A stretch of DNA of 59,637 nucleotides from IMG/VR virus record IMGVR_UViG_3300047562_002733, positions 1-59,637 of that record; one strand, given 5' to 3'. Both the position numbers and the translations under genes were made by a program. This document shows positions 47,999 to 56,381 of the stretch, piece after piece. The notes below the pieces were generated by a model. The model was not told where the DNA came from. It saw nothing but the letters and a program-made list of their open reading frames with translations, and did not search any database. Every line of letters starts with the position of its first letter. Position 1 is the stretch's first letter. The DNA is from a virus (taxonomy: Duplodnaviria; Caudoviricetes).

Positions 47999-48388
47999 TC
48001 ATGATCGTACCAGCGGTGTTCCGTTGTTGCTTGCCTCAAACAGGATGCTAGACGCAAAGTATTGGTAAAGCAAGCCCCTGATGCGCATTAGCTCACGTTC
48101 AGGGCCGTAGCCGCCGCCAGGCATCAATGGCTCCCACTCCAGGACATCTACTTTCTTCAGGATCTTGCCCTCGCTGTTGGTATTTAACTCCTTGTAGGTG
48201 GTCTGGATTGCGTCGTACTCGTCCAGTAAGTCCTTGACCGGACTGATGATTGATGGGATCGCCGTACCGATATAATTCATGTCGCGTTGGATTTGTTGGA
48301 TCTGGTAGATCCCAACGCTGATGCCTGCCGCCACTAAAACACGGACATCATCGCCTAATGACCACCCTAGGTCCGTGTTTAATGACAT
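47999..48388 (-). CDS. Head-tail adaptor-like protein (putative)
   Basis: LKKVDVLEW motif, C-terminal LVRS; ATG at 48388. Confidence 0.5.
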   Translation of the reverse strand: MSLNTDLGWSLGDDVRVLVAAGISVGIYQIQQIQRDMNYIGTAIPSIISPVKDLLDEYDAIQTTYKELNTNSEGKILKKVDVLEWEPLMPGGGYGPERELMRIRGLLYQYFASSILFEASNNGTPLVRS

Positions 48389-48876
48389 CTTTTTGTATAA
48401 TACTCCTATGATATGTTTCCGATCATTATTGCTGCCATGCAAAACCTGAGGTTGCTTAAGGATTCGTTGGTTCTTGCTTGTGTCATTAATGCCCAAGATC
48501 GATACGCCGCAATTCAGTTCTTTCGTTACTTAACCACACTCCAGGTGTCGTATGTGGGGGTGCCTAATTACCCGAAGGCGGTTGCTCTTAAGGCCGTTTC
48601 GTTTCTAAGGGACTCAACAGAAGGTCGGTTGTGGGTTCAGTCGATCTTCGATTCCTGAATTTTTGTAGGAAATTTTGAGGGGGTTGCTATAGCACTGGCA
48701 ATGCAGTTTCGGGGTGGGGGTACCTAGGCGATTCGCGCCAGGTTCCGACCTTGATTTGCTGTATTATTTTATACAATAAACAATACACATGGCACATGCG
48801 AACGGTCCCCAGGGCCAATTGATCGCAGGTTCCCTGCCGTGCTACACTAAACCAGAACCTTAAGAAGGCCAGACTC

Positions 48877-49194
48877 ATGCCCCTCCAGCTCCCCGTTAAC
48901 AGCACGCTGTCTCGACTGGCAGCCTTCCGCACTAGCACCCAGCGACGCATGATGCAGGCAGGCCTGCCCGCTCTGTTTGTAGCCACCGAGCTCCCCGACG
49001 TGGCACGTTGTATCGGGGCTGCCGAGTACACCCTTAAGTCGTCCTGGTGGGAGTGCCTTACCGATGATGTGGCACTCTGCATCAGGGCTGCCAGGTATGG
49101 GCACAAGCCGTCCTGGTGGGAGTGTCTTACCAGTGGTTCAACCAGTGCCCTACTCGCGGAAGCCGAGCACCGAGCCAAGGCTCTGTGGGACTAG
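48877..49194 (+). CDS. Cassette 1 hypothetical protein with internal 23-aa duplication
   Basis: Fills the space between repeats 1 and 2; TGCTACACT -10 upstream; SWWECLT twice. Confidence 0.65.
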   Translation: MPLQLPVNSTLSRLAAFRTSTQRRMMQAGLPALFVATELPDVARCIGAAEYTLKSSWWECLTDDVALCIRAARYGHKPSWWECLTSGSTSALLAEAEHRAKALWD

Positions 49195-49252
49195 ATCCCC
49201 TGATTGAACGGAACCTGCGAACGGTCCCCAGGGCCAATTGATCGCAGGTTCC

Positions 49253-49405
49253 TTAGCAGATCACCCAGGCCAGCAGCAGGATCGCGGCGATGGCCAGGGC
49301 GTTGCGTTGCCGGCGGAGTTCCTGCACCGACTCTTGCTGGTCGTCGATCAGGGCCAATGCCTCAGTGATGATCTCGGCCTTGCTGTTGCGCTCAGTGATG
49401 TTCAT
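49253..49405 (-). CDS. Cassette 2 small membrane-anchored protein
   Basis: MNITERNSKAEII...LAIAAILLLAWVIC; stop abuts repeat 2; minus-strand TGCTACACT at 49428-49436. Confidence 0.65.
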   Translation of the reverse strand: MNITERNSKAEIITEALALIDDQQESVQELRRQRNALAIAAILLLAWVIC

Positions 49406-49533
49406 GGGATGATCCCTCTCTTGTGGTAGTGTAGCACGAACGGATGGAACTTGCGAACGGTCCCTAGGGCCAATTGATCGCAAGTGCCTGGCTGACGTGT
49501 TACACTCATTCCGCAACCGACAGGATTCGATCC

Positions 49534-49707
49534 ATGCCTTATCAGTCCTCCCGTCCCTTCCACGTCCTGGCCGCCGTGATCGGCCTGGGATCCATTGGCC
49601 TGGCTCTGGCGATGGACTTCGGAGGGGTCCCCGCTGCTCGCTTGGCTGCTCGCTGTGATGCCATCAAGTGCGAGGTGGTGCGAGTCGCAAGCATACCCCT
49701 TCGCTGA
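49534..49707 (+). CDS. Cassette 3 small hydrophobic protein
   Basis: MPYQSSRPFHVLAAVIGLGSIGLALAM...; TGTTACACT upstream. Confidence 0.55.
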   Translation: MPYQSSRPFHVLAAVIGLGSIGLALAMDFGGVPAARLAARCDAIKCEVVRVASIPLR

Positions 49708-49779
49708 TTGGATGGAACTTGCGAACGGTCCCTAGGGCCAATTGATCGCAGGTTCCGCAGATCCGTTGCTGTCACTGCC

Positions 49780-49989
49780 ATGTTCCGCACCATCCTCGCC
49801 CTTCCACGCGCCGCCTGGGAGACGCCCCTGTTCTACGGCTACCTGCTGGCCAAGGGTTACAACCTGAGCCGTAGAGACGTGTTGCTCTCCCTGGCTAGGG
49901 TCCGCCCCTGGGAGAACACCGATAAGCGTGTGGCTCCCTGGCGTCTCGTTCGAGACGTTGCGGTCCTGGGGCCGATCGGTTACAATTAA
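49780..49989 (+). CDS. Cassette 4 hypothetical protein
   Basis: MFRTILALP...GPIGYN; stop 2 nt before repeat 5. Confidence 0.55.
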   Translation: MFRTILALPRAAWETPLFYGYLLAKGYNLSRRDVLLSLARVRPWENTDKRVAPWRLVRDVAVLGPIGYN

Positions 49990-50033
49990 GGGGAACCTGC
50001 GAACGGTACCTAGGGCCAATTGATCGCAAGTGC

Positions 50034-50303
50034 CTACTTCAGCGTGCGACGGCCACCTTCGCCGTTTCTGGCCCTGTTCTTGCTGCGGTTTTCCAAGACA
50101 AGGCGCCCATCCTTGGTGTGGCTCATGTCTCTGTTACCCATCCTGCCTTCAAGGCCCATTGCTCGCTTCTTGCGACGACGTTCATTATATCTCTCGCGTT
50201 CTCGATCTGTCTTGCGCCGGTCTGCTTCATATTGCTTTTTCTTTTCATACGCTTCCGGATTCTTCTTGTAGTAGTCCATCGTATTGCGCTTCTTCTGGGC
50301 CAT
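50034..50303 (-). CDS. Cassette 5 basic protein, paralog of 19439..19741
   Basis: NPEAYEKKK...DMSH...LENRSKNRARNG; stop overlaps the end of repeat 5. Confidence 0.7.
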   Translation of the reverse strand: MAQKKRNTMDYYKKNPEAYEKKKQYEADRRKTDRERERYNERRRKKRAMGLEGRMGNRDMSHTKDGRLVLENRSKNRARNGEGGRRTLK

Positions 50304-50412
50304 GAATCCAGTGCTGATTCTTTATTCTTCCGCAGCGTGATCGCGAGCGGTCCCCATGGCCATTGCTCACGATCTCGGCTCTGCCGCTGCCATCTCCCAC
50401 CGCGACTCCATT

Positions 50413-50607
50413 ATGGTCACCCTGGCATTCTTCGATCCCCGCTACTCGATCCCCTTAGCGCAGACTACCTACTGTGAACCTGAATGGCGTTACGCAGCAG
50501 CAGCAGCGCTCCGACGTGGCAGCGCCTACGAGGCCTGGCGCGATGGTAGACTGATCGCCAGGGGCGGTCCCCGCTCCATACTGCCGCCGTGCTATTATAA
50601 ATCGTGA
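50413..50607 (+). CDS. Cassette 6 hypothetical protein
   Basis: MVTLAFFDPRY...; TGA stop inside the arm of repeat 7. Confidence 0.55.
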   Translation: MVTLAFFDPRYSIPLAQTTYCEPEWRYAAAAALRRGSAYEAWRDGRLIARGGPRSILPPCYYKS

Positions 50608-50664
50608 TCGCGAGCGGTCCCCATGGCCATTGTTCACGATCAAACCACAACCGGAGCCATTCCA

Positions 50665-50973
50665 GTGATTCTGCACTTCGCTGCATCAAACGACACAGAC
50701 GGCAACCCTCGTCGGGTGTTTGTCTACGTGACAGAAGACGGTCAACCAATCGCTGCCTGGCCAGAAGGATACTCCGGCCATGATGCAGTTCCAGGCCCCC
50801 TGAGGGGGCTTGCGTGGCAGGCTATGCAGCGGTCGATCATGATCACCGTTGACGAATACCTGCAGGCCCTGGCGCTGCCGCGTCCGATGTACTACAATCC
50901 AGAGCACTTCCAATCGGCGGCCTGCCTGCAGCGCCACATTAAGATGGGAGTTGTGGCCCTGGCGCCCGCGTGA
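50665..50973 (+). CDS. Cassette 7 hypothetical protein
   Basis: GGAGCCATTCCA-GTG leader; NDTDGNPRRVFV...EGYSG; stop inside repeat 8. Confidence 0.65.
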   Translation: MILHFAASNDTDGNPRRVFVYVTEDGQPIAAWPEGYSGHDAVPGPLRGLAWQAMQRSIMITVDEYLQALALPRPMYYNPEHFQSAACLQRHIKMGVVALAPA

Positions 50974-51060
50974 TCGCGAGCGGTCCCTAGGGCCATTGTT
51001 CACGATCATGCTACACTGTTCTCCGGGGGCTGGGCCCCGTCCATTTCATAGGGTCATCCC

Positions 51061-51261
51061 ATGACAACCGCTCACCAGTTCGCTGCAGTAGGCTCCGAGA
51101 CTTGGCACCTGAACTGCGCCAAGGTCTGGCAGGAAAACATGGAGGTCTGGAGGGTTCTCCGGGACGCTCGGCAGTACCGCTCAGGCATGAACCTCTGCTA
51201 TGAAGCCTTCTCCGAGCATATTCACGCCGTCATGCGAGCCGACAGCCGGCCTGAGCTTTGA
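51061..51261 (+). CDS. Cassette 8 hypothetical protein
   Basis: TGCTACACT upstream; stop inside repeat 9. Confidence 0.6.
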   Translation: MTTAHQFAAVGSETWHLNCAKVWQENMEVWRVLRDARQYRSGMNLCYEAFSEHIHAVMRADSRPEL

Positions 51262-51324
51262 TCGTGAGCGGTCCCTGGGGCCATTGTTCACGATCAATCC
51301 ATCGTCATCATCGGAGCCAATCCA

Positions 51325-51645
51325 ATGGAGAGCACCATCCAAGAACTGGCCTATCAGGCTGCCCCGTTTCAGATCGCCGACCCTGAGGCTTGGCTGTGGG
51401 TTGATGGCAACTGTATCTGGCTGATGTTCCAGACTGACTGGCGTTCGCTGTGGAACCAGATCAAGTGCAGTAGTGGAGTGCTGGATTGTCTTGATGTGGC
51501 GGCCGGCCAAGACCCTGACGAGGGCATCAACTGGAAGGACTCCTCAGTGTTCACTGAGTGGCTCAGACTGCCCGAGGAGCTCGAAAAGGACATCAAGGCT
51601 GGCGGCCACTACATGTGGCGCTACCTGCTACACTGCAGCGTATGA
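51325..51645 (+). CDS. Cassette 9 acidic, Trp-rich hypothetical protein
   Basis: GGAGCCAATCCA-ATG leader; stop inside repeat 10. Confidence 0.65.
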   Translation: MESTIQELAYQAAPFQIADPEAWLWVDGNCIWLMFQTDWRSLWNQIKCSSGVLDCLDVAAGQDPDEGINWKDSSVFTEWLRLPEELEKDIKAGGHYMWRYLLHCSV

Positions 51646-51704
51646 TCGTGAGCGGTCCCTGGGGCCATTGTTCACGATCAAACCATCCCACTGGAGCCAA
51701 TCCA

Positions 51705-51935
51705 ATGCAAGTCACCGCCAAGTCCCGCAAGGATGACATCTGGGCCGCCTATGAAGCCCGCCTGCAGCAGCCGACCACCTGGGGCGATGTCTGGGGGCTG
51801 GCCGTCAGCACCGCCCGCACCATCGCCAAAGAAGTGCCCTTGGCCATGCGCGACGCTTACAACGCTGGAAGTGCAGTCAGGAACTGGGTTCTCAGCGTGG
51901 TTGACGAGCTCAACCGCCCGCTGCTAAAATCCTGA
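51705..51935 (+). CDS. Cassette 10 hypothetical protein
   Basis: GGAGCCAATCCA-ATG leader; MQVTAKSRKDDIW...; stop inside repeat 11. Confidence 0.65.
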   Translation: MQVTAKSRKDDIWAAYEARLQQPTTWGDVWGLAVSTARTIAKEVPLAMRDAYNAGSAVRNWVLSVVDELNRPLLKS

Positions 51936-51967
51936 TCGTGAGCGGTCCCAGGGGCCATTGTTCACGG

Positions 51968-52201
51968 TCACGCCGCGTTGATCGCCGCCTGGAGCTCCTC
52001 CAGGGCATTCAGAAGCTCTTGCGCCTGCTCGTGCATACCCTCCAGCCACCATGGGTCCGGGCTCCAGGCAGGGCGGTCTGTGCCGTTCTTCCAGGCGAGG
52101 TTAGAAGCGATCATCACCTCCAGGGTAGCGGAAGCCAGAGCGTCCTCTGCGGCGTCCCGCTGCTGCAGGCATTCAACCAAAAACTCTTTAGTGGCAGACA
52201 T
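51968..52201 (-). CDS. Cassette 11 hypothetical protein (inverted)
   Basis: GGAGTAAATCC-ATG leader on the minus strand; stop in the right arm (ggTCAcg) of repeat 11. Confidence 0.65.
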   Translation of the reverse strand: MSATKEFLVECLQQRDAAEDALASATLEVMIASNLAWKNGTDRPAWSPDPWWLEGMHEQAQELLNALEELQAAINAA

Positions 52202-52312
52202 GGATTTACTCCTTTGGTCTGAACTGACTGTAGGACTGGAAGCCCCCAGGCCGCCCGATCGTAGCACAACGGATGATCGTGAGCGGTCCTAGGGGCCATT
52301 GTTCACGATCGC

Positions 52313-52341
52313 TTGACAGGCACGACCGCAGCCAGTACCAT
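52313..52341 (+). promoter_or_regulatory. Sigma70-type promoter
   Basis: TTGACA-17 nt-TACCAT directly after repeat 12. Confidence 0.7.
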
Positions 52342-52362
52342 TCGCTTAGTGGAGGCATTCCA

Positions 52363-52587
52363 ATGATCACCGACCACGGCACTCAGCAGGTTGCACAGTG
52401 GAGACTCGACGAACTCCATAGTCTCAAAGAAAAGCTCCGCAACGCGCTGGCCGATGCCCTTGAACTTGAGCGCACCGCCGACCCAGGAGTCCGATACGCA
52501 ATGATCGCCGGTCGCCTGACGGCTGCCGTTGACAATGCCCGGATTACCCTTGACTGCTATCTGCCGGATGATCGTGAGCGGTCCTAG
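52363..52587 (+). CDS. Cassette 12 hypothetical protein
   Basis: GGAGG RBS; reads into repeat 13 and stops in its core. Confidence 0.6.
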   Translation: MITDHGTQQVAQWRLDELHSLKEKLRNALADALELERTADPGVRYAMIAGRLTAAVDNARITLDCYLPDDRERS

Positions 52588-52632
52588 TGGCCAATTGTTC
52601 ACGATCAAACCACACCCCATCGGAGCCAATCC

Positions 52633-52986
52633 ATGTCCGTCTATCTCAACACCTATGAAGTCTGGCAGGTCTACGGCGGCCCGGAAGAGGGTGGCTGGTG
52701 GTTTGAAGCCGGCACGCCAATGCAGTCGATCCTGGTGAGCCACGACGACCTGGAAGATTGGCTGGAAAACACTCCGGAGGAAGAGCAGGCGGCAATGCGC
52801 GAGCATGCCACACTGGGTTACACTCAGGGCAAAGCCCCAACCCCCAAAAAGACCGGCTATGGCGGTTACACGTTTGCCCCAGGGAGCGATGAGCCCCTCA
52901 CTTACCAGCAGGACAACGACTATCGGTCCTGGTTTGAGGACTCCTACGCTGAGCCCTTCCCTGTGGAGCGTCCATGCTATTGTTGA
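52633..52986 (+). CDS. Cassette 13 hypothetical protein (YGGPEEGGWW motif)
   Basis: GGAGCCAATCC-ATG leader; YGGPEEGGWWF...FP.ERP.Y. Confidence 0.7.
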   Translation: MSVYLNTYEVWQVYGGPEEGGWWFEAGTPMQSILVSHDDLEDWLENTPEEEQAAMREHATLGYTQGKAPTPKKTGYGGYTFAPGSDEPLTYQQDNDYRSWFEDSYAEPFPVERPCYC

Positions 52987-53066
52987 CGCGTGAGCGTGAG
53001 CGGTCCTAGAGGCCATTGTTCACGATCTCGGCTCTGCCCCCTGTCGAATCCCGCCCTGCTAGTGCT

Positions 53067-53243
53067 ATGACCATCACCGTCTACTACGTTCCCTCCACTA
53101 GTGCTACCGGCGTCACCGTGAAGGTCGATCCCTCACTGCCCGAGGAGGAGGCCCGCACCCTGGCTATCCGTAGAGTCCGCAACCGACTGAAGGGTCAGCA
53201 GCGTGCTCGATTCCACGCTCTTGCCACCTACGTGCATCCCTGA
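53067..53243 (+). CDS. Cassette 14 hypothetical protein
   Basis: MTITVYYVP...; fills the inter-repeat space. Confidence 0.55.
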   Translation: MTITVYYVPSTSATGVTVKVDPSLPEEEARTLAIRRVRNRLKGQQRARFHALATYVHP

Positions 53244-53323
53244 TAGCATGATGATCGTGAGCGGTCCTGGAGGCCAGTTGTTCACGATCTCGCGCTAGCA
53301 TCCACATCATTGCCGATCCGACC

Positions 53324-53617
53324 ATGCTGCAGTTCGACCGCTACTACGGGCTTTATGCTCAGGTTCCTTTTTCTTGGGTCCCGTGGTTCCTGAACAACAC
53401 CGCCAAGACTGGGCTGTATGGCTGGCTTAGATTGGGCAGCTACTGCCTGTGCTTGAACATGGGATTGGAGCCTGACGAGAGAAGATTGGCCAGCTTTGGC
53501 CTGTTGATGCTGACGCGGCCAGAGACGCAAGAAGAACAGCAGGACAGAGAAGAAGCGGAAGCCGAAGAGGCTTTCATGGAGCGAGAGCTCAACCGCTACA
53601 CTGAATGGTATTATTAA
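53324..53617 (+). CDS. Cassette 15 hypothetical protein
   Basis: 97 aa; fills the inter-repeat space. Confidence 0.6.
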   Translation: MLQFDRYYGLYAQVPFSWVPWFLNNTAKTGLYGWLRLGSYCLCLNMGLEPDERRLASFGLLMLTRPETQEEQQDREEAEAEEAFMERELNRYTEWYY

Positions 53618-53659
53618 CTTTCGTGAGCGTGAGCGGTCCTGCGGGCCAATTGTTCACGG

Positions 53660-53845
53660 TCACGAAACTTCACATTGCATCCAGGCATCCTCCAGATCCA
53701 TGACCCCGCAAAGCACGTCCTGTAGCGGGCCGCTCATGAGCTCATCAAAGGTTTCGTCGTCGATGGTTTTGCGGGCTTCTTCCATGTGCTTGTGCAGTGC
53801 TTCGCAGAACTCATGGAGGTTGGCGATCTTGTCAAAGGCGGTCAT
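53660..53845 (-). CDS. Cassette 16 acidic hypothetical protein (inverted)
   Basis: Minus-strand TAGAAT and GGAGCCATTCCA-ATG leader; stop in the right arm of repeat 16. Confidence 0.65.
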   Translation of the reverse strand: MTAFDKIANLHEFCEALHKHMEEARKTIDDETFDELMSGPLQDVLCGVMDLEDAWMQCEVS

Positions 53846-54036
53846 TGGAATGGCTCCGTTGATGGTTTGATTCTACACCGTGAGCGTGAGCGGCCCTGCG
53901 GGCCATTTGCTCACGATCTCGCGCTCGTCGCGCCGCCCAACCCTGCCCCGTTACACTTCGTTACAGTAAACTTTTACAACAGGCCCTGCTTTGAGGCCGG
54001 CGGGTGGTATGATTGTATCGCCAACAGGAGGCATCC

Positions 54037-55830
54037 ATGCACTTCACTCTTCCCGAAAACCTGAAGTCTCAGATTCTTGCCTATGATCCGGCGATGAAGG
54101 CGCTGGCAGCAGCTCAAGTTAGCCAAGCAAAAAAAGAAGGCAAACCCAATAAGTTTAAAAGGTTTGGGGTGCCCGACAATCTTTTTCCTGCCTTTATTGC
54201 TACGCCGGAAGAACAAAAGGCTACCGCTGTTGCTATTAACAACTGCCAGGAATCGAACGGCTGGTCAAAGGTTCATCCCGAGAAAAAGGCGATCCTGGCT
54301 TACTACAACAACGTTTGGACGGCAGTGTGGGAAGATGACGAACACGGCATCGGCGTTACCTATTTGTCAAAAGGAACTGGCGGCAAGTTCGTTAATGACA
54401 TTCTTCGGCAATACTTTTCCAATGACGACAGCATATGGCAAGTTACCACCGAGCATGAAGTTACCTATAGCAGCAACCCAAGAATGAAATGGAACAAGGC
54501 TTGCTGCACGCTAACCAAAGAGCAACGCATTGAAGCCGCTTTGGGTGACAGCTATCGTAACATGTCCTATGCTTACCGGCACGAATGTAAGACTCATCTG
54601 CCCTCAGTGCAATCACTGCTTAGTGTCAATACCCACAGGATCTATCGCCAGAGAATGACCGCCAATGGTGCCAGCAGAGCTTCAGGAATCAATTTCAGTG
54701 GTAAAGGACGCATAAATGGTCTTGGCCTTGGTGGCAACAAGCTCCTTGAGGTTGCGCCTTTTTCTGTATTGATGTTCCTGGCAAACAGCGTCAATACCGA
54801 GTGCTACTACCCCCTCCATAGCATGGAGCCAATTGCCGCCACCCTTCAGAAGGGCTGCGAGGGTGGTTTCTATAAAGGGCGGCTAACGCTTAAAGGCTTC
54901 AATTGGTTCTGTTCTTCGATAGTTCCAGAGTTTTCAAAGTATGAAGACGTAACATACACTGATCGTATCATCAAAAAGACTGACACACCTACTATCAGGC
55001 GATACCAGCAGGAAGCGGTTGATCAAATTAACGCTTGTTTGTTCGACTCCAACAATGAGGTTCTTGCTGAGCCGATCCAAAGGGCCGTTAGCACGGGCGT
55101 TTACATTCTGATGATCGCCCAATTCTTCGATACTTTCTATCCTAACGCTTCAGTCGATCATATTCACCAAGTCGCTGGCAGGGTCATCAATAACAAAAAA
55201 CGAAAGTTTATCATGCGCGATGTTCACGCCATTAACAAGAACGTCTTTCCTGAGGCAATGAATTGGCTGACTAGCAATGCGCCAATACAAACAGTGCTAG
55301 GAATGCTGATTCCCGAAGAGTACAATGGAGAATCGATTAACATAAACATTGACTCTATCCGCATCATTGAGCGACTGCTAAACACTGAAGAATACCAAGA
55401 AGAACTGAAGCCCCCCAGGCGTTGGCGTGATCTTCATGACTACGTTATGTCGAAAGAGTGGAAGATCAAAACGCCAAATGAATTGCTGCCACAGGACCTG
55501 TTTCCTGAACCAGTAAAAGATGGACAGTGGACATTCTTTCAACCTCGCGATGTTCACCAACTAGCGGACTGGGGCCGCGCTGTTCGCAACTGCGTCGGAG
55601 GCACGCACTACGCCCAAGGCATCAAAAAGAAAAACCACTTTATCGTGCTAGCAATGGTGAACAGGGTGCCTATGGTTACTATTCAGTTGTCAGTTCAGAA
55701 TGGCGTGATGAATGTCGATCAAATCTCAAAGGTATCCAACGAGCTCCTTAACCCTGTTGAGAGGCTGTCTTATCAATCAGCCTTCAGCAATGCCCTGAAG
55801 ATACGCGAGAATCAACTAAAAGCAGCATAG
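54037..55830 (+). CDS. Cassette 17 PcfJ-like domain protein
   Basis: C-terminal LHDYV...QPRDVHQLADWGRAVRNCVGG..Y...TIQL; GGAGG RBS; TGGTATGAT -10. Confidence 0.7.
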   Translation: MHFTLPENLKSQILAYDPAMKALAAAQVSQAKKEGKPNKFKRFGVPDNLFPAFIATPEEQKATAVAINNCQESNGWSKVHPEKKAILAYYNNVWTAVWEDDEHGIGVTYLSKGTGGKFVNDILRQYFSNDDSIWQVTTEHEVTYSSNPRMKWNKACCTLTKEQRIEAALGDSYRNMSYAYRHECKTHLPSVQSLLSVNTHRIYRQRMTANGASRASGINFSGKGRINGLGLGGNKLLEVAPFSVLMFLANSVNTECYYPLHSMEPIAATLQKGCEGGFYKGRLTLKGFNWFCSSIVPEFSKYEDVTYTDRIIKKTDTPTIRRYQQEAVDQINACLFDSNNEVLAEPIQRAVSTGVYILMIAQFFDTFYPNASVDHIHQVAGRVINNKKRKFIMRDVHAINKNVFPEAMNWLTSNAPIQTVLGMLIPEEYNGESININIDSIRIIERLLNTEEYQEELKPPRRWRDLHDYVMSKEWKIKTPNELLPQDLFPEPVKDGQWTFFQPRDVHQLADWGRAVRNCVGGTHYAQGIKKKNHFIVLAMVNRVPMVTIQLSVQNGVMNVDQISKVSNELLNPVERLSYQSAFSNALKIRENQLKAA

Positions 55831-55835
55831 CCAAC

Positions 55836-55862
55836 CGGGGGCAATCGCCCCCCTTTTTTTTA
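55836..55862 (+). terminator. Rho-independent terminator
   Basis: GGGGGC-AATC-GCCCCC followed by a T-tract. Confidence 0.85.
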
Positions 55863-55973
55863 TAGAAACAGATGGTGAGCGTGAACAACAGCAGCGCGAC
55901 CGTTGTTCACGATCTCGCTCCGCGCCCGCAAACGGCCCCTGCCCGCTATACTATCTTCAGTGTATTCAAGTCA

Positions 55974-56240
55974 ATGCCTAATCTTCAACAGCGTGTAATG
56001 GGACCAATCAACGAAGCAGAGGCTCTTGATATCGTTGAGTTTATGGGCAAGAACATCAGTAAAAACGCTCTTATCATCAGGCAATCGCTGCCGGAGTGGA
56101 CGCAACATAATTGCCATCTAATGGCGCGAGCCTTGAAGAAGCATCGTTACTACAGCCATAATAACATATATGGAAGCACTATTCGCTCTCTCGCTAACAC
56201 AATTGCTATTGCAGAGCATCGCCTAGCAAGTCGATCTTGA
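55974..56240 (+). CDS. Cassette 18 hypothetical protein
   Basis: TATACT upstream; stop inside repeat 19. Confidence 0.55.
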   Translation: MPNLQQRVMGPINEAEALDIVEFMGKNISKNALIIRQSLPEWTQHNCHLMARALKKHRYYSHNNIYGSTIRSLANTIAIAEHRLASRS

Positions 56241-56381
56241 TCGTGAACAACAAAAGGCAGGTTGTTCACGGTCACGCGACGCGGCGATCCTACCACTCCC
56301 GGCCCTCTTTTGTTGCAATACTTAATATTTGCGAGGTGTGGGTGGCCTGCTATACTGCGAGGGCACCAGAGGGCTTGACCC

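Larger units (their letters stand above)
48791..50034 (+). repeat. Cassette-boundary hairpin repeats, family A (5 copies)
   Basis: ~GGAACYTGCGAAC-GGTCCCYAGGGCCAATT-GATCGCARGTKCC at 48791, 49210, 49446, 49714, 49992 (43 bp each). Confidence 0.95.
50339..53918 (+). repeat. Cassette-boundary hairpin repeats, family B (12 copies)
   Basis: ~GATCGYGAGC-GGTCCnnnnGGCCA(n)TT-GYTCACGRTC at ~50339, 50606, 50972, 51260, 51644, 51934, 52275, 52570, 52989, 53253, 53622, 53879. Confidence 0.95.

Noticed and set aside
52303-53016. 237-aa minus-strand ORF and other ORFs that cross repeats (e.g. 48687-49178, 49542-49793, 50686-51009, 51181-51510)
   Set aside because: They are antisense to cassette genes with good RBS and promoters, and most contain translated repeat sequence.
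48791-53918. Repeats as rho-independent terminators
   Set aside because: No U-tract on either side; true terminators with T-tracts occur separately at 55836 and 57880.
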